Shown here: piece by piece, positions 26,753-39,647 of the stretch | Layout of the letters: each line of letters begins with the position of its first letter | Numbering within the stretch: position 1 is the stretch's first letter | Origin: Eledone cirrhosa | Taxonomy: Eukaryota | NCBI GenBank assembly: GCA_964016885.1 | Contig: OZ024740.1 | Location: 31,186,001-31,250,000, forward strand | Direction of reading: 5' to 3' | DNA length: 64,000 nt | The notes under the pieces: model-generated | The model's database searches: none | What the model was told of the DNA's origin: nothing | What the model saw: the letters and a program-made list of their open reading frames with translations, nothing else | Made by a program: the position numbers and the translations under genes

Positions 26753-29146
26753 AGGGCAAAAAGCAATGCAGGATAAGGGAAGTAGAGAAGACTATCAAGT
26801 GGCCAGGAGGGAGGCTAGGAGACAAGTGTACTTCGCAAGAAGGGAAGCAGAGGAAAGAAAGTTCAAGCATGTTCTACAACACGAGGACCAAAAACGTGAG
26901 GTGTTCAGGATTGCTAGGCAATGTGTCAAGGAAAACCGTGATATTGTCGGGGAGCAATGTGTCCTTAATGATGATGGTGTACTTGCCATCACTGACGCTG
27001 ATAAGAATGTAGCTTGGAAGTGTCATTACGAAAGGCTACTAAATGAGGAGAATAATTGGGAGAAAGACAGTCTCCCTCACATCGATCCAATAGAGGGACC
27101 AGCAGTGCAAGTTGAAGGTAGTATAATAAGTAAGGCGATCAAAGACATGAAGACAGGCAAGGCGGCTGGGCCTTCGGAAATAGTTGCTGAAATGCTGAAA
27201 GCATCTGGAACAGTGGGACACACTATGGTCACCCAGATAGTAAACCAAGTCATACAGAATGGGGTCGTTCCGAATGACTGGCGTAGCAGCATCATCATTA
27301 ACTGCTACAAGGATAAAGGAGATGCCCTAGATACGGGAAACTATAGAGGCATTAAATTAATTGACCAGGTCATAAAGGTCACAGAAAAAGTAATAGAGCA
27401 ACTAATCAGAGAGCGAATTGATCTAGATGAAATGCAGTTCGGGTTTGTGTCAGGCAAAAGTACCACAGACTCTCTTTTCATTGTACGACAACTACAGCAG
27501 AAGTACCTAGCTAAAAGTAAACCCCTATACTTAGCTTTTGTTGACTTGGAGAAAGACTGAGTACCCCGCTCGATTATCTGGTGGGCCCTTAGAAAACTAG
27601 GTGTTGATGAATGGCTTGTGAGAACTATACAAGCCATGTATAAAGAAACAGTCAGCAAGGTTAGAATTAACAACGAATATAGTGAAGAGTTTAGCGTAAA
27701 AGTTGGTGTTCATCAGGGCTCCGTCCTTAGCCCCCTACTATTTATTATTGCCCTTCAGGCTATAACAGAGGAGTTCAAGACCAGCTGCCCATGGGAACTT
27801 CTATACGCAGATGATCTAACGCTCATAGCTGAATCAATGGCTGAACTAGAGAAGAAATTGTAAACATGGAAGCATGGCCTAGAATCAAAAGGCCTTAAAA
27901 TTAACCTGTCTAAGACTAAAGTTCTAGTTTGTAAGAAGGAAAATAGGGCACTGGTCCCATCTGGGAAATGGCCATGCTCAGTGTGTAGGAAAGGAGTAGG
28001 CAGAAACTCCATTTATGTCCCAAATGCAAAGTATGGGTGCATAAAAGATGTAGTGGGATCACAGGTAAGCTAACTAAGAATATAGATTTTATATGTGGCC
28101 GGTGCTCAGGTGCAATAAGTAGCAGCAAGTGCCCACAGAATACTAGCTCATTCCATTGCACAGATGGTTCTATAGAAATAGTGGACACCTTCCGTTACCT
28201 GGGTGACAAAATCAGCAGTGGTGGATGGTGCTCTGAAAGTACAGTAGCTAGAGTTAGAACGGGATGGAAAAAGTTCAGAGAGCTTATACCACTATTGGCC
28301 GCTAAAGGGTTCTCTCTAAAAATGAAAGGCAGGCTGTATGATGCCTGCAAACGAACAGCAATGTTACATGGCAGTGAGACTTGGGCATTGTGTGCAGAGG
28401 ATATACGCAGACTGGAGAGGAACGAAGCTTGCATGCTCCGTTGGATGTGTAATAGTAATATACGTGAACGGCAAAGCATAAATGAACTAAGGGAGAAATT
28501 AGGAATAAGAGTGATCAGATGTTGTTTACTCGAGAGAAGACTACGTTGGTATGGTCACGTGATGCACATGAAAGACGACAGCTGTATAAAAACGTGCAGG
28601 GCAATAAAAATATACGGTAGCCACGGAGTAGGCAGACCCAGAAAAACTTGGGACAACTTGATAAATTCCCACCTCACACACTTACACCTCTCCAAGACAA
28701 TGTTACTGGACCGAGATCTTTGGCGCTACACAGTAATACAGAAGACCCGCCTTGCCTAAGTACAAAGCGAAACCTAGTCAGTAGGCACCTCTTAACAAAA
28801 ATACACCCCCGTCCCACTACCCCCACCCCATCCACACCACCCCTTTCAATGTAAAGTTATGTTGGTACCACAACATCCAGTCCGAAATAAATGAGGTCGT
28901 GTAGGTGTCACGACAAAAAAACACACAGTCCACGCTGTAATGTGGCCGTGTAGGTAACACAGTAAAAACCTCCCAGTCCACACTGTAAACATGGTTGGTG
29001 TTAGGAAGAGCATCCAGCCGTAGAAAACCCGCCAGACAGTCCTATACGAGCAAGACAACCAATCTTGCCTCAAGTGGGACAATTCCCGTCCAGACCCATG
29101 CTAGCGTAGAAGATGGACGTTAAACGATGATGATGATGATGATGAT
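26753..29146 (+). mobile_element. RTE family B LINE, 5'-truncated (RT, C-terminus, 3'UTR)
   Basis: NYRGIKL, QFGF, LAFVDLEK, GVHQGSVLSPLLF, LLYADDL, YLG, LHGSETW, GRPRKTW and (GAT)n tail; a few stops. Confidence 0.95.
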
Positions 29147-29490
29147 ACCTAGTAGTACCAAGGATCTGACACATTTTCCAATATATATATGTGTGTGTAT
29201 GTATGTATACCTCCCCCCCTCTCTGTACATATATGTACTTCTGTCTTTCTCTCTCTCCATATAGACATCCCCATCATCATCATCATCATTTAACGCCCAT
29301 TTTTCATGCTTGCATAGTTTAGATGGATTGTTAGATAATAAGATAAGCTAGGTCCGGAGATCACATCTTATTCATAAAGATCTGTATTTTGGCTTTGTTT
29401 CTATAACTGGATACCCTTCCTAACACCAACCATGTTACAGTGGGGACTGGGTACTTTTTTTGTCATGTCACCAAAATATAATATAATATA

Positions 29491-29521
<31 letters not shown>

Positions 29522-30072
29522 GGATGTATATATAATGTATTTTGCAATACACTTTATGCTTAATTAAAAGCATTTTGAAGACCGTAAGCTATTGTTTTAA
29601 AGTAGTGACAAATTCACTCACTTTGATCTCAGCAAACAGGGGAGATAAGCCGACAAGACTTGTTTCGCTTTGGTTGAAGCTTATCAAGGCCAACTACCCC
29701 ACCTGTCTACTGAGATCATTGATGTTATATTCTTATAGAAATCTAGTAAATAATCAGGAGCTGATTATGCAGAGCGGTTGTTTAGCCAAGTCTCTATAGT
29801 TGGATGCCTTTTCAAACACCAACCACATTACATAATGCATCTCTAATTCTGTTGTCACTTCCAATGCAATTCCTCGAAAAAAAATTTTTTTATCTTTATT
29901 TGTTTGGTCTAGAGCAGGAGTCCCCATAATGGTTGATATCAATCTTCAGAGGGTTAACTGAACTTTGGGACCAAAATCTGACATTTGTATAAAAATGTGA
30001 AAATACACAAAATTCATCTTGTTTATACAGGTTTCTCATTTATATAGAATTATTATTTATTATCTTAAAGCA

Positions 30073-31885
30073 GAGACCTCACTCTCCAGTTGATCCTCTT
30101 CGCAATCCCCACACAAGCCAGATCACTGACGATCCCAAAAAATGTGCAGAACTCATTGCTGAGTGCTATGCAAGCATTTTTACTGTTGAAAATCAGAATG
30201 TACCATCTCCAACATCAAATTCCATAACAACTATGGAATTTACACCTGCAATGCTGCGACGTCACCTTAAGAATAAGCGCAACTATGCCTCCCCTGGTCT
30301 TGATGGTGTTACATACCTGCTTCTCAAACGTGGCAGGTACTTCCTTTTGCACCAGCTTTCTTTCTTCTTTCAATACTGTCTCAACAATGGTGCTACTCCG
30401 GAGCAGTGGAAAACTGCCAATGTCATTCCCCTGTTCAAAAAGGGCGACCGCACGTCACCTGTCAACTATCGTCCAGTCAGTCTTACTAGCTGTATTGCCA
30501 AACTGATGGAATCCTGTGTCAGAGAAACACTTTGGAACTTCTGGAGATCTCACAACCTCATCCGGCCTCGCAATTTGGATTTATCCCTAACTCCAGCTGC
30601 TGTGATCAGCTTATCGAGTTCCTTGAAGACATTACCCGGATCACTGACAGCGGCTCATGGTAGATGTTGACTTCGCTAAGGCTTTTAATTCTGTGCAACA
30701 CAAAAGACTTATGATGAAACACTGCAATGGGTGTGAAAGATGATCTTTTTAACTGGTTGAAATCCTTCATTCTCAGCTGAAAAGAGGTAGTCACGGTTCT
30801 AGGACAGCATTCTTCACCATATGAGATGTCATCTGGTGAACCACAGGGATCTGTTCTTGGTCCCCTTTTGTTTGTTGCAAACATTAATGACATAGATGCC
30901 AACTTAAAGAATGCCACAGTACTGAAATATCCAGATGACATCAAGCTGTGCCTTGAAATCAAAAGGTCAGATCCTGAAATCTATAACTCTTTCTTACAAT
31001 CAGACCTGGACACAATGCAGCAATGGATCACAAACTGGCAACTGAAGCTGGCTGTGGACAAGTGTACCACCATGCATTTTGGGAGGAAAAATCCAGCGTC
31101 CACATACTCCCTCCACAACACTGATATCAAGAAGTCCTCTTGTGAACGTGACCTGGGCATTACGGTCAGCAGCGATTTGCGTTGGACAAAGCACATCTCT
31201 AAAATTGTCAAGACGGCCGAGGGTGTCTTAGCATCACTCAGCAAGACCTTTGTTAGCCGCTCTCCAGCCATCTATTTAAAGCTGTATATAGCTATGGTAC
31301 GACCACACTTGGAATTACATCATCAGTCTGGAAACCCTATCTTGCTCAGAACATTGACCTCCTGGAAATTGTTCAGAGCGCATGCCCTCCATCAGACACC
31401 TACCATACTCTGAACGCCTTGCTTCCCTGGGCATGGATTCATTGAAGCTCCGACATCTGGCAATGGACTTGGTAAACACCCTCAAAGTTATTAACCATCT
31501 CGCCAACAACCACCCTGAGCACCTTTTTGATCTCCATGTGTCTAACACACGTGGACATGCCTACAAAGTCAGAAAACAGCACAGCTCCCATGACTTTCGG
31601 AAACATTTTTTCACGCTTAGAGTTGCTGAAGCACGGAACAAACTGCCTGCGTCAGTTGTTAGCTGCCGAGACACTGCATCCTTTAAAACCCTCATGCTTC
31701 CTGAAATTTGCCAAACCTACACCTGATGTCCCTCTTCCATACACATGCACACATGTGTATATCATGACTCATGCACTGTTCATTTTCCTGGCGTTTGTAC
31801 ATTACCCTATGTACTATACATACACTTTTGATGAGTATAGTGCACCTGAGCACTGTACACAATATTTTCATTATTATTATTTTAT
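30073..31885 (+). mobile_element. CR1-clade LINE, 5'-truncated
   Basis: SPGLDG, WKTANVIPLFKKG, NYRPVSLTS, PQGSVLGPLLF, Y(P)DD, LYIAMVRPHLE, NTRGHAYK, FFTLRVAE; 3' tail ATTATT. Confidence 0.93.
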
Positions 31886-32001
31886 ATTCTGTTAATTTAT
31901 TTATTTACTTATTTATTTTTGTAAATGCTTAGGGTAAATTTTTCTAAAAAGTTTGGTAATCTCTCCTCTACAAGAAGGGGGTCGATGTCTATGGCTTTTA
32001 A

Positions 32002-32209
32002 CCCTTTAGCATTTAAACTGGTCATATCCGGCCAGAATTGTCTTACCTCTTTCTGTTCAAACCGGCTGTAACTGGCGACTCATACTGATGTTAAGGTATT
32101 GTTCTCAAAATAGATAATATCAAAATCTCATAGATTCGATATTATGTCAGGTAAAGCCTTTACAGTGAAAATATAATAGTAAATATAGAGTAATGTAAAT
32201 GCTAAAGGG
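32002..32209. mobile_element. piggyBac-type MITE
   Basis: TTAA|CCCTTTAGCATTTA ... TAAATGCTAAAGGG|TTAA (TTAA TSD). Confidence 0.85.
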
Positions 32210-32353
32210 TTAAAGACCCTCCAAGACAAGTGGAATCAATGCTGTTAATTTTGGCATGAAAGAACTGAGTCTAGTGGTTAGTGCAAGGCTTGGAGAATGT
32301 AGAAACAATATGAGTGGTGGGACGTGGAGAGATGAGTGAGTCAGGAATACTTT

Positions 32354-32653
32354 CAGTATTGGTGGCAAGATAGCAGTCAGATCCAAAGAGCAGGGGTCAC
32401 TGTAGTAACAGTACAGTATTGGTGGCAAGATAGCAGTCAGATCCAAAGAGCAGGGGTCACTGTAGTAACAGTACAGTATTAGTGGCAAGATAGCAGTCAG
32501 ATCCAAAGAGCAGGGGTCACTGTAGTAACAGTACAGTATTGGTGGCAAGATAGCAGTCAGATCCAAAGAGCAGGGGTCACTGTAGTAACAGTACAGTATT
32601 GGTGGCAAGATAGCAGTCAGATCCAAAGAGCAGGGGTCACTGTAGTAACAGTA
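32354..32653. repeat. 60-bp tandem repeat x5, near-perfect, inside an old LINE C-terminal remnant (32214-32690, minus)
   Basis: Unit CAGTATTGGTGGCAAGATAGCAGTCAGATCCAAAGAGCAGGGGTCACTGTAGTAACAGTA; only one substitution seen among copies. Confidence 0.95.
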
Positions 32654-32946
32654 GAAAGAACAAAGAGGAGACAGCACATCTGTGAGCCAGAGGATGAAAT
32701 CTATTTGTGAATGAATTCATACCAATTAGTTGAGTGGGCTTTCTTTGGATGTGATCTAACATGTCTGTGTGTAGAAGCAGCAGTACTTTTTGAGTGAATT
32801 TGGTAAAAAGAAACTGCGTGGAAGTCTATTGGGTATACATATATATCATCATCATCATCAATAAGTATATAAAGGCCACCTAACATGCTGTAGCAGGGGC
32901 TAGTTTTACATCTTTTCTTAGGCAACATGTGAATATATATATATAT

Positions 32947-33835
32947 CATCATCATCATCGTTTAACGTCCATCTTCAATGCTAGCATGGGTTGGACGGTT
33001 TTGTTCCACTTGAGGCGGGATTGGTCGGGAGACCGTGTCTCACTCATACAGAACTGTCCCTGGCAGGCTTTCTACGGCTGGATACCCTTCCTAACACCAA
33101 TCGCATTTACAGTGTGAACTGGGAACCTTTTTACCGTGTCTCCTACACGACCACTTTTCAGTGTGGACTGGATGCTTTTTGTTGTGTCACCGACATGACC
33201 ACTCTATAGTGGATGGGAATGGGACAATGGAGCAGGGAGTGTGGGGTGGGGTGTATATTGGGTTAAGAGGTACCTACTGACTGTAGGCTTAAGTCTGTAT
33301 GCAAGGGAAAGCGGGTCTTCTGTACAACTGCATAGCACCAAAGATCTTGATCAAGTGACATTGTCTTAGAGAGGTGTAAGTGAGCAAGGTCAGTTTTTAT
33401 CACCTCATCCCAGGTTTTTCTTGGTTTACCTACTCTGTACCTTCCATCAATTTTGATTGCTCTGCACTTTTTTATATATATATATATATATATAGGTGAT
33501 AAAAGCCGACCTTACCCAATTGCACCTCTCAAGCAGTAATACAGAAGACCCGAGCCCCCCACAGGAACAAGCCGAAGCTGAAGCATATAGACAATATGCC
33601 CCCCACACCCTCCACTGCAAAGTGGACGTGTAGGCACCACGGAAAAAAGCACCCAACACTCACTGTAAATGAGGTTGGTGTTAGGAAGAGCATCCAGCTG
33701 TAGAAATCAAGCCAGAATCAGTTCCCGTATGAACAAGACAAAGTCAGCCGACTGGACACTGCCCACAACAGGAGAATCTGTCTAGCGTGGAAGAACGGAC
33801 GTAAAACGGTGATGATGATGATGATGATGATGATA
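32947..33835. mobile_element. Two RTE 3' ends head-to-head (32947-33470 -, 33496-33835 +) separated by (TA)n
   Basis: Both carry the RTE C-terminus/3'UTR and outward-pointing (GAT)n tails. Confidence 0.85.
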
Positions 33836-33885
33836 TATAATATGGAAAATGAAGAATCAGTGATGCATCGGAACACAATTTATTA

Positions 33886-33976
33886 CGTATTACAATTGTT
33901 TCTCTGGTGAACAGCTTGAGGTGCGATCTGTTTGTGGATCGAACCTGACTCTGGATTCGCAAGTTCCTCAGATACG
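33886..33976 (-). ncRNA. Type I hammerhead ribozyme motif with extended stem II
   Basis: Minus strand: CGTAT-CTGAGGA-long imperfect stem II-GAAAC-AATT-GTA-ATACG. Perfect 5-bp stem I, palindromic ACAATTGT, GUA site, AATAAA directly after. Confidence 0.72.
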
Positions 33977-35226
33977 TCTAGTGACTTCGAAGCAAATCCT
34001 CTTTCATACTCTGCTCCAAAGGAGCATAGAGTGCTCAACCGGCATACCGCCTATGGACGCATCCAAGCAACCTTACTATAAATATATATGAAATATATAT
34101 AAATATATATATAGTATGTGTGTGTGTGTATGTGCATTATATACATATCATCATCATCATCATCATTTTGTCCGCTTTTCCCTGCTTGCAAGGGTGGGAC
34201 GGGAACTGATTCTGGCTTGATTTCTACAGCTGGATGCCCTTCCTAACACCAACCTCATTTACAGTGAGTGCTGGGTGCTTTTTTGCCGAGGCACCTCCAC
34301 GACCACTTTGCAGTGGAATGATAGGGACCCCAGTCCCTATCATCTCATTTCTACAGCTGAGTAAACTGGAATATGAAATAAAGTGTCTTGCTCAAGGAAA
34401 CAACACATCACCCGGTCTGAGAATTGAACTCACAACCTTTCGATTGCAAGGCCAATGCTCTAATCACTAAGCCATGTGCCTCCATATGTGAATTTGAATC
34501 TGTATGTGCATTTGTTTCACATGGACATTGTTTGGGCAGCCGGTGATATTTATTTATGTTCTGCATAAACAGCATAGACCACAGCTCAGCAGTTCAACAT
34601 GCAAAAATCATTACTTCATTTAAAAAAACAAATAAAGCTTGGCAGCAAGAAGAGCATCCAACTGCACAATACTGACTCAAAATATTCTTGTCCAACCCAA
34701 AACTAAAAACGATAATAATAAGAATGATCTTTTTGAGCAATACAGACTGCTATTAAATTATGATATAAGGTAAAACTTATTTCAAACTTTTGATACCAAA
34801 CCACACCTGGCTCTATGATACAAATCTCTGTATTTCATATTCATCATAATTTTATATAAAAACCTTTGTTATGTTCCAAACACAAAGTTAGTTACATTAT
34901 CAAATACCCATCAAATGCTCAACTTTTTCAAAATCATAGACAGTTGGTTTTTTTAAATGAGTTATGTTAAGAAAACTTAAAGCATATTTCTGTATATTGA
35001 ATACTTCCTACCAGATACAAGGTTATTCTTTTTGTGAAGACTAGGCACATAGTTTCAATAACTGAAAGTATATATATCGAAACGTTAAGAGCCTCTTCCT
35101 GCTATTTCAAGCCTTAACCTAATATATTCCTTCCATATACTGTACCGATTGTGTTGTTATTTCTGTTTACCTTTTACATACATACATACATACACACATA
35201 TATATGTATATATATATATATATATA

Positions 35227-35407
35227 CAGGTAAAATTTCATTATACCAAATACCATTATAACAAATTGTTCAGTATAAAAACATTTTTTTCAACCCCCGA
35301 GGTAATAAACAAACGCTCGATTTGTTTCGGTCGATCTCATTATAAAGAATTTTTCGTTACAACGAATTTTTATACCCCATGAATTTCGTTATAACAGAAT
35401 TTCACTG
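35227..35407. mobile_element. Tc1/mariner (pogo/Tigger-like) MITE
   Basis: TA|CAGGTAAAATTTCATTATA ... GTTATAACAGAATTTCACTG|TA, inserted in (TA)n. Confidence 0.65.
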
Positions 35408-36959
35408 TATATATATATATATACACAAATATACACACACACAGTTAGGTATGTGAACATTACAAGAGTTATAACTCTGCTTGATCCAGTTTGTATAACT
35501 AACAAAAGAAAAAAAATGTTCCACTCATATTTGATGGGCGAGTCATGAGAAATAGGAAGGGTATCCAGCTGTAAAAATAATTATTCCAACAAGGATTTCA
35601 TTCTTGATCTAAAGCTGAGTGTATGGTTTGTTGAATCCTACCCAGTATGTTAGGGTATTTATTTTGTCAACTCAAAATAAGTGAAAGGCAAAGTCAAACC
35701 AGGTTAAAATAAGGAGGTGAAATCAAATATTGTAAGTAATTTGATCCGGCACTTTACCAGACTAGGGGGATTGTCAAGCAAGGTGAGCAATCATGTAGAG
35801 GGAGCTTCTATGTTGTCACTCAATCTGCTAGAAATAATAACCAAATCTCCTCCAACCATCTTTAAAAAGTCGAGGCTACACATTAGATAATGTTGATATA
35901 AAACAAAAAGTCAGGGTGGTCACAGCTAAAAGGTCTTTGATCACAAGTCTGACATTGAACTAAATGACAACTTTACTATTAAAAGTAAATGTCACAGTGG
36001 AAGTGACTTACTGTGATCAGTTTATGACGAAGCATTTTATAGCTTCCAATACATGGAGGCTACAAAAAGATTCAACAGAAACTTTTAGTCACTCCTTTTC
36101 CCTCTCATTTATCTTTTTCCTTTTCTCTCTCCTTTTTGTGTCTAGGGGTACTAGATACCTCCTCCAGTTTGTCGTGGCTTACTAGCTCTATACGGACGTT
36201 TAAATTAAATAAATAAATAACAATAACCTGTATAATAACCTGGGCGTATTTGAGAGCCCTTAGTTTTCGGTCAGTGTTGAGAAGAGAGGAGGGATGAAGC
36301 GCAAAGCTAGTAACCTTACCTTAATTAATCAAGCAGGCCCATGACAAGCCTTGCAGCCGTGCAGAACCTGTCGTTGCCCAATGTCCCAAGGATAGAGGAG
36401 GGGAGAAACTATAGAACAGAATTTTAATAGAAACAAGTTTGGTAACATTATCTGTGATTCTAGTAAGTGATTTCCACTGCATAAACGGAGAGAGAAAGAG
36501 AGAATTATATCCAAATATTCGATTTAAAGCTGAAGTATTTCGCAAGTTTACAATTGAACGTGCTCGGTTAACCTAAAGGCAGTTTTTGATAGAGCATACC
36601 TAGGTATTGAAACTTGAATATCCTATCTTTTCTTTTCTGCAATAATGTCCGTTACACTACTTTATCTAAGATGGCATGATGTGTTTTGAATGCTACTCTC
36701 TAATAGAATTTCTACTTTTGGCACAAGGCCAGTGCATCACTGGTACTTTATTTTATCAACCTCGTAAGGATGAAAGGCAAAGTTAACCTCGGCGGATTTG
36801 GACTCAGAACGCCAAGGGCCATAACTATGCTGCAAAGCATAGTGTCTGACGCTGACCAGTCACGAAACTGTTCAAATTTACTTTTTAATCGAAGGGGAAC
36901 TACTCTTGATGACGTTATTAAATTATTTTCTCTTGTTGACAGTTAGTTTCGTGAAAACA

Positions 36960-38320
36960 TGGATCTTTTTGTACGGAGCTTCGGTCTTACCAGTAGGGCA
37001 ATATCTGCTGTGATTGTAGAGGCCTACACAGGAGTGAGAGTTCCGGCTGCAATAACTGTAGTGGAGGGCAACGTCTGCTTGTAATGACATTGATCTTTTC
37101 CCGCTGAGTTCGCTTTTCCTCAAGCTCGTCTTTGAAAACCCTTTTTTTAGTTCTAGTTTCTATGAAGAGCGCGCTCATGCAGTAATTTCCTACTTCTCTA
37201 TGTTCATGCACAGTGACATTATGTCTCTCTTGCTGACATCTTGAAATGAAGATGGGATCATCGTCATACTCTTCTGCTGGGGGCCAGCTCCCCATACAGC
37301 AGGTCTTTAGGCATCTTCCCATCTGGTATGTAGAGTATGTGACCCAGAAATGTCACTACTAGAGCAGGATGGAGAGGCTGGGTATCTGGGCGTGAGCCAA
37401 AACTGCATTAGTTGTGACTCAATCCCCTTGATGTCCAGGATACAATTGAGGCTGCAAAGATGAAAGATGTTAAGACACTGTTTAGAGGCCCTATGCCTGG
37501 CTGCCTTAAAGAAGTGAGCTGAGGACACAGGCTTTGTAAACTGCAATCTTGTACATCATTAGCTTGCTATTCTCCACGAGTCTGTCAGTCTGCCCTTCAA
37601 ATATGCCTGTTGATCTCATACTTTAGAGAGAGACTATCAAAGATGATGGAACTGAAGTAGTTGACTACCTTTTGGTAATGTTTGTTGATTGTAATGGGAT
37701 GAGGGCACTCAACACGTTTTCTTCAAACTGAAGTCTTGGTAAGTTCTTGAAAAGTTGTCTAAAAAATGTTGCTGTTGTTCCTCAGTATGTTTGCCAGTGC
37801 CATGTCCTTGATAAGTACCTTGCATACCTTGATTTTCATCCTCATTCGGGACAAGCTGAACAGCTTCCTGTCTGATCTGGTTTGAAAGTCAGTTGATTTA
37901 CCAAAGGTCTGCTTCAGAATAATGATGAAGACGCCACACAGGGTGGGAACAGGCATACAATCCTGTGAATGTTGAAGACTTCTTAAGAGCCATCAAACTG
38001 AATGACAACTTTCATGTTTGTGTAGAATTACTGAACTATACTCAGAAATTAGAGGACAATCAATCTTGGCAAGGATTTTAAGTAAATTGTCTCTGCTCAC
38101 TTTGTGAGGTCAATGAAAGCAATGTAGAGAAGTAACAGTAACAACTAGAGTAGTATGTCTTTGCTGAGCATTGTTAGCAAGTCTACATCTATATGGTGCT
38201 AATCAGACTTCAGAAAACTGCCAAAAGTGTACATCCCAAGTCCCAGTGTGATTTCAGGTCAGAACAGTCCAAAATCAATATGATCTCCTTTCAACTACAG
38301 GAGAAATGTAGAAAGCAATT
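36960..38320 (-). mobile_element. Old RTE (BovB-like) LINE remnant
   Basis: C-terminal CSRNSHSCVGLYNHSRYC knuckle, FHLCSLNCILDI, and RT remnants (LYIAFIDLTK, GIFIRT-like FQTRSDRKLF). The 38150-38320 part is inverted. Confidence 0.7.
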
Positions 38321-39343
38321 TCTTTTGCAGTATTACATTACATATATTAAGGGTAATGGATTGGCAGAATCATTAATGTTGAACAAAAGGTATTGCAGTA
38401 TTCAGTTACGGCCTTTTACGTTCTCAGTTCAACTTTGTCTTTCACCCTTCCAGGGATCAATAAAACAAAGTAACAGTCACATACTGGGATCAATGTAATC
38501 GACTCCCCCTTCCACACAGATTGTTGATCTTGTGCCTATATCAGAAATCATCATTATATTACATATAATTGGCAGTATAGGTAGAGGGTCGGATGCCATG
38601 CTTTCCAGCATAGTTACGTCCCTTTACGATCTGAGTTCAAATCCCGCCGAGGTTGACTTTGCCTTTCATCCTTACGGGGTCGATAAAATAAAGTACCAGT
38701 AATGCACTGGATAATTGCTGGCCTTGTGCCTAAAGTAGAAACAATTATATTACATATAATACACTGGATCACTTTAAGGTATTTGCATGATATTTCTGTT
38801 AAAAATGTCTTCTAGGTTTTCTTTTAATTACAGATAAACCTCATACAGTAAAGTATTTTCTTCTTTTTTTTTTCAGACAGAACATAAAGAAAACAACGAA
38901 AAACATTCAAAACAAATATATTATATTTTTTACAGATAATAATACAATCGCCTCTGATTCAAATACAATTATTAATTTTTTTAATATATCCCAGTTCTTA
39001 GGGTACTACACAAGTGACTGAGAAGTTAGCAGTCCATCTCCTGTGACTTAACATTGGATTATAACGCTGGTCATGAGACTTAATTCTCAAATGGTTCAGT
39101 CCACCTGTCTGACAATAGGCATGACAGAGTAGGCATAAATTGTTTCTTTGAAAAGTAGCAGCACTGTAAAATTGAAATATAGTTTATTAGTTTTCAATAC
39201 TAAGTTCAAATCTGCCAACTCATCTTTGAATGGCCAGGCAAAGTGTCAAACTACCACTGGTCAAGTGGCAGATGCCAATGACCACAGAAAGGTCAATTAC
39301 ATGACATGATTGTCTTAGAACAGAGTCTGACTAAAGAAGATAG

Positions 39344-39349
39344 TTTATT
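39344..39349 (-). terminator. Candidate CISD3 polyadenylation signal AATAAA (second candidate 39183-39188)
   Basis: TTTATT on the plus strand about 100 nt downstream of the stop codon. Confidence 0.4.
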
Positions 39350-39452
39350 TCAGTTTAAAAAAATTATTTTGTAATAAACAAACAAAAAATCCTTTAATAT
39401 ATTAAATATAAGAATTTTTTTCATCATAACAATTTTAATTTACATGGAAATT

Positions 39453-39647
39453 CTATCTAACAGCTGCTTGTATATCTTCACGCCTGTGAGTACCATCACA
39501 AAAAGGTCGGTCATCTGATTGTTTGCAGTTACATAGCCAATATTCCTTTGTTGTTTCAACTTGAAAACGAAGTGGAATATATTTCTTCAGATTTCCCTTT
39601 TTAAACGATGTGCCTTCAAGTACTTTGTGTGTCCCATCACAAAATGG
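39453..39647 (-). CDS. CISD3: CISD3 (mitochondrial CDGSH iron-sulfur protein, MiNT) terminal coding exon
   Basis: Translates PFCDGTHK...YWLCNCKQSDDRPFCDGTHRREDIQAAVR*: end of CDGSH motif 1 plus complete motif 2 (CxCxxSxxxPxCDGTH). Acceptor TTTGTATTCACAG at 39648-39649 (phase 0), stop TAG at 39453-39455. Confidence 0.95.
   Translation of the reverse strand, partial: PFCDGTHKVLEGTSFKKGNLKKYIPLRFQVETTKEYWLCNCKQSDDRPFCDGTHRREDIQAAVR

Noticed and set aside
32354-32653. CRISPR-like regular repeats (also 6178-6540, 15532-15766)
   Set aside because: Head-to-tail units with no unique spacers, no cas genes, and a eukaryotic context.
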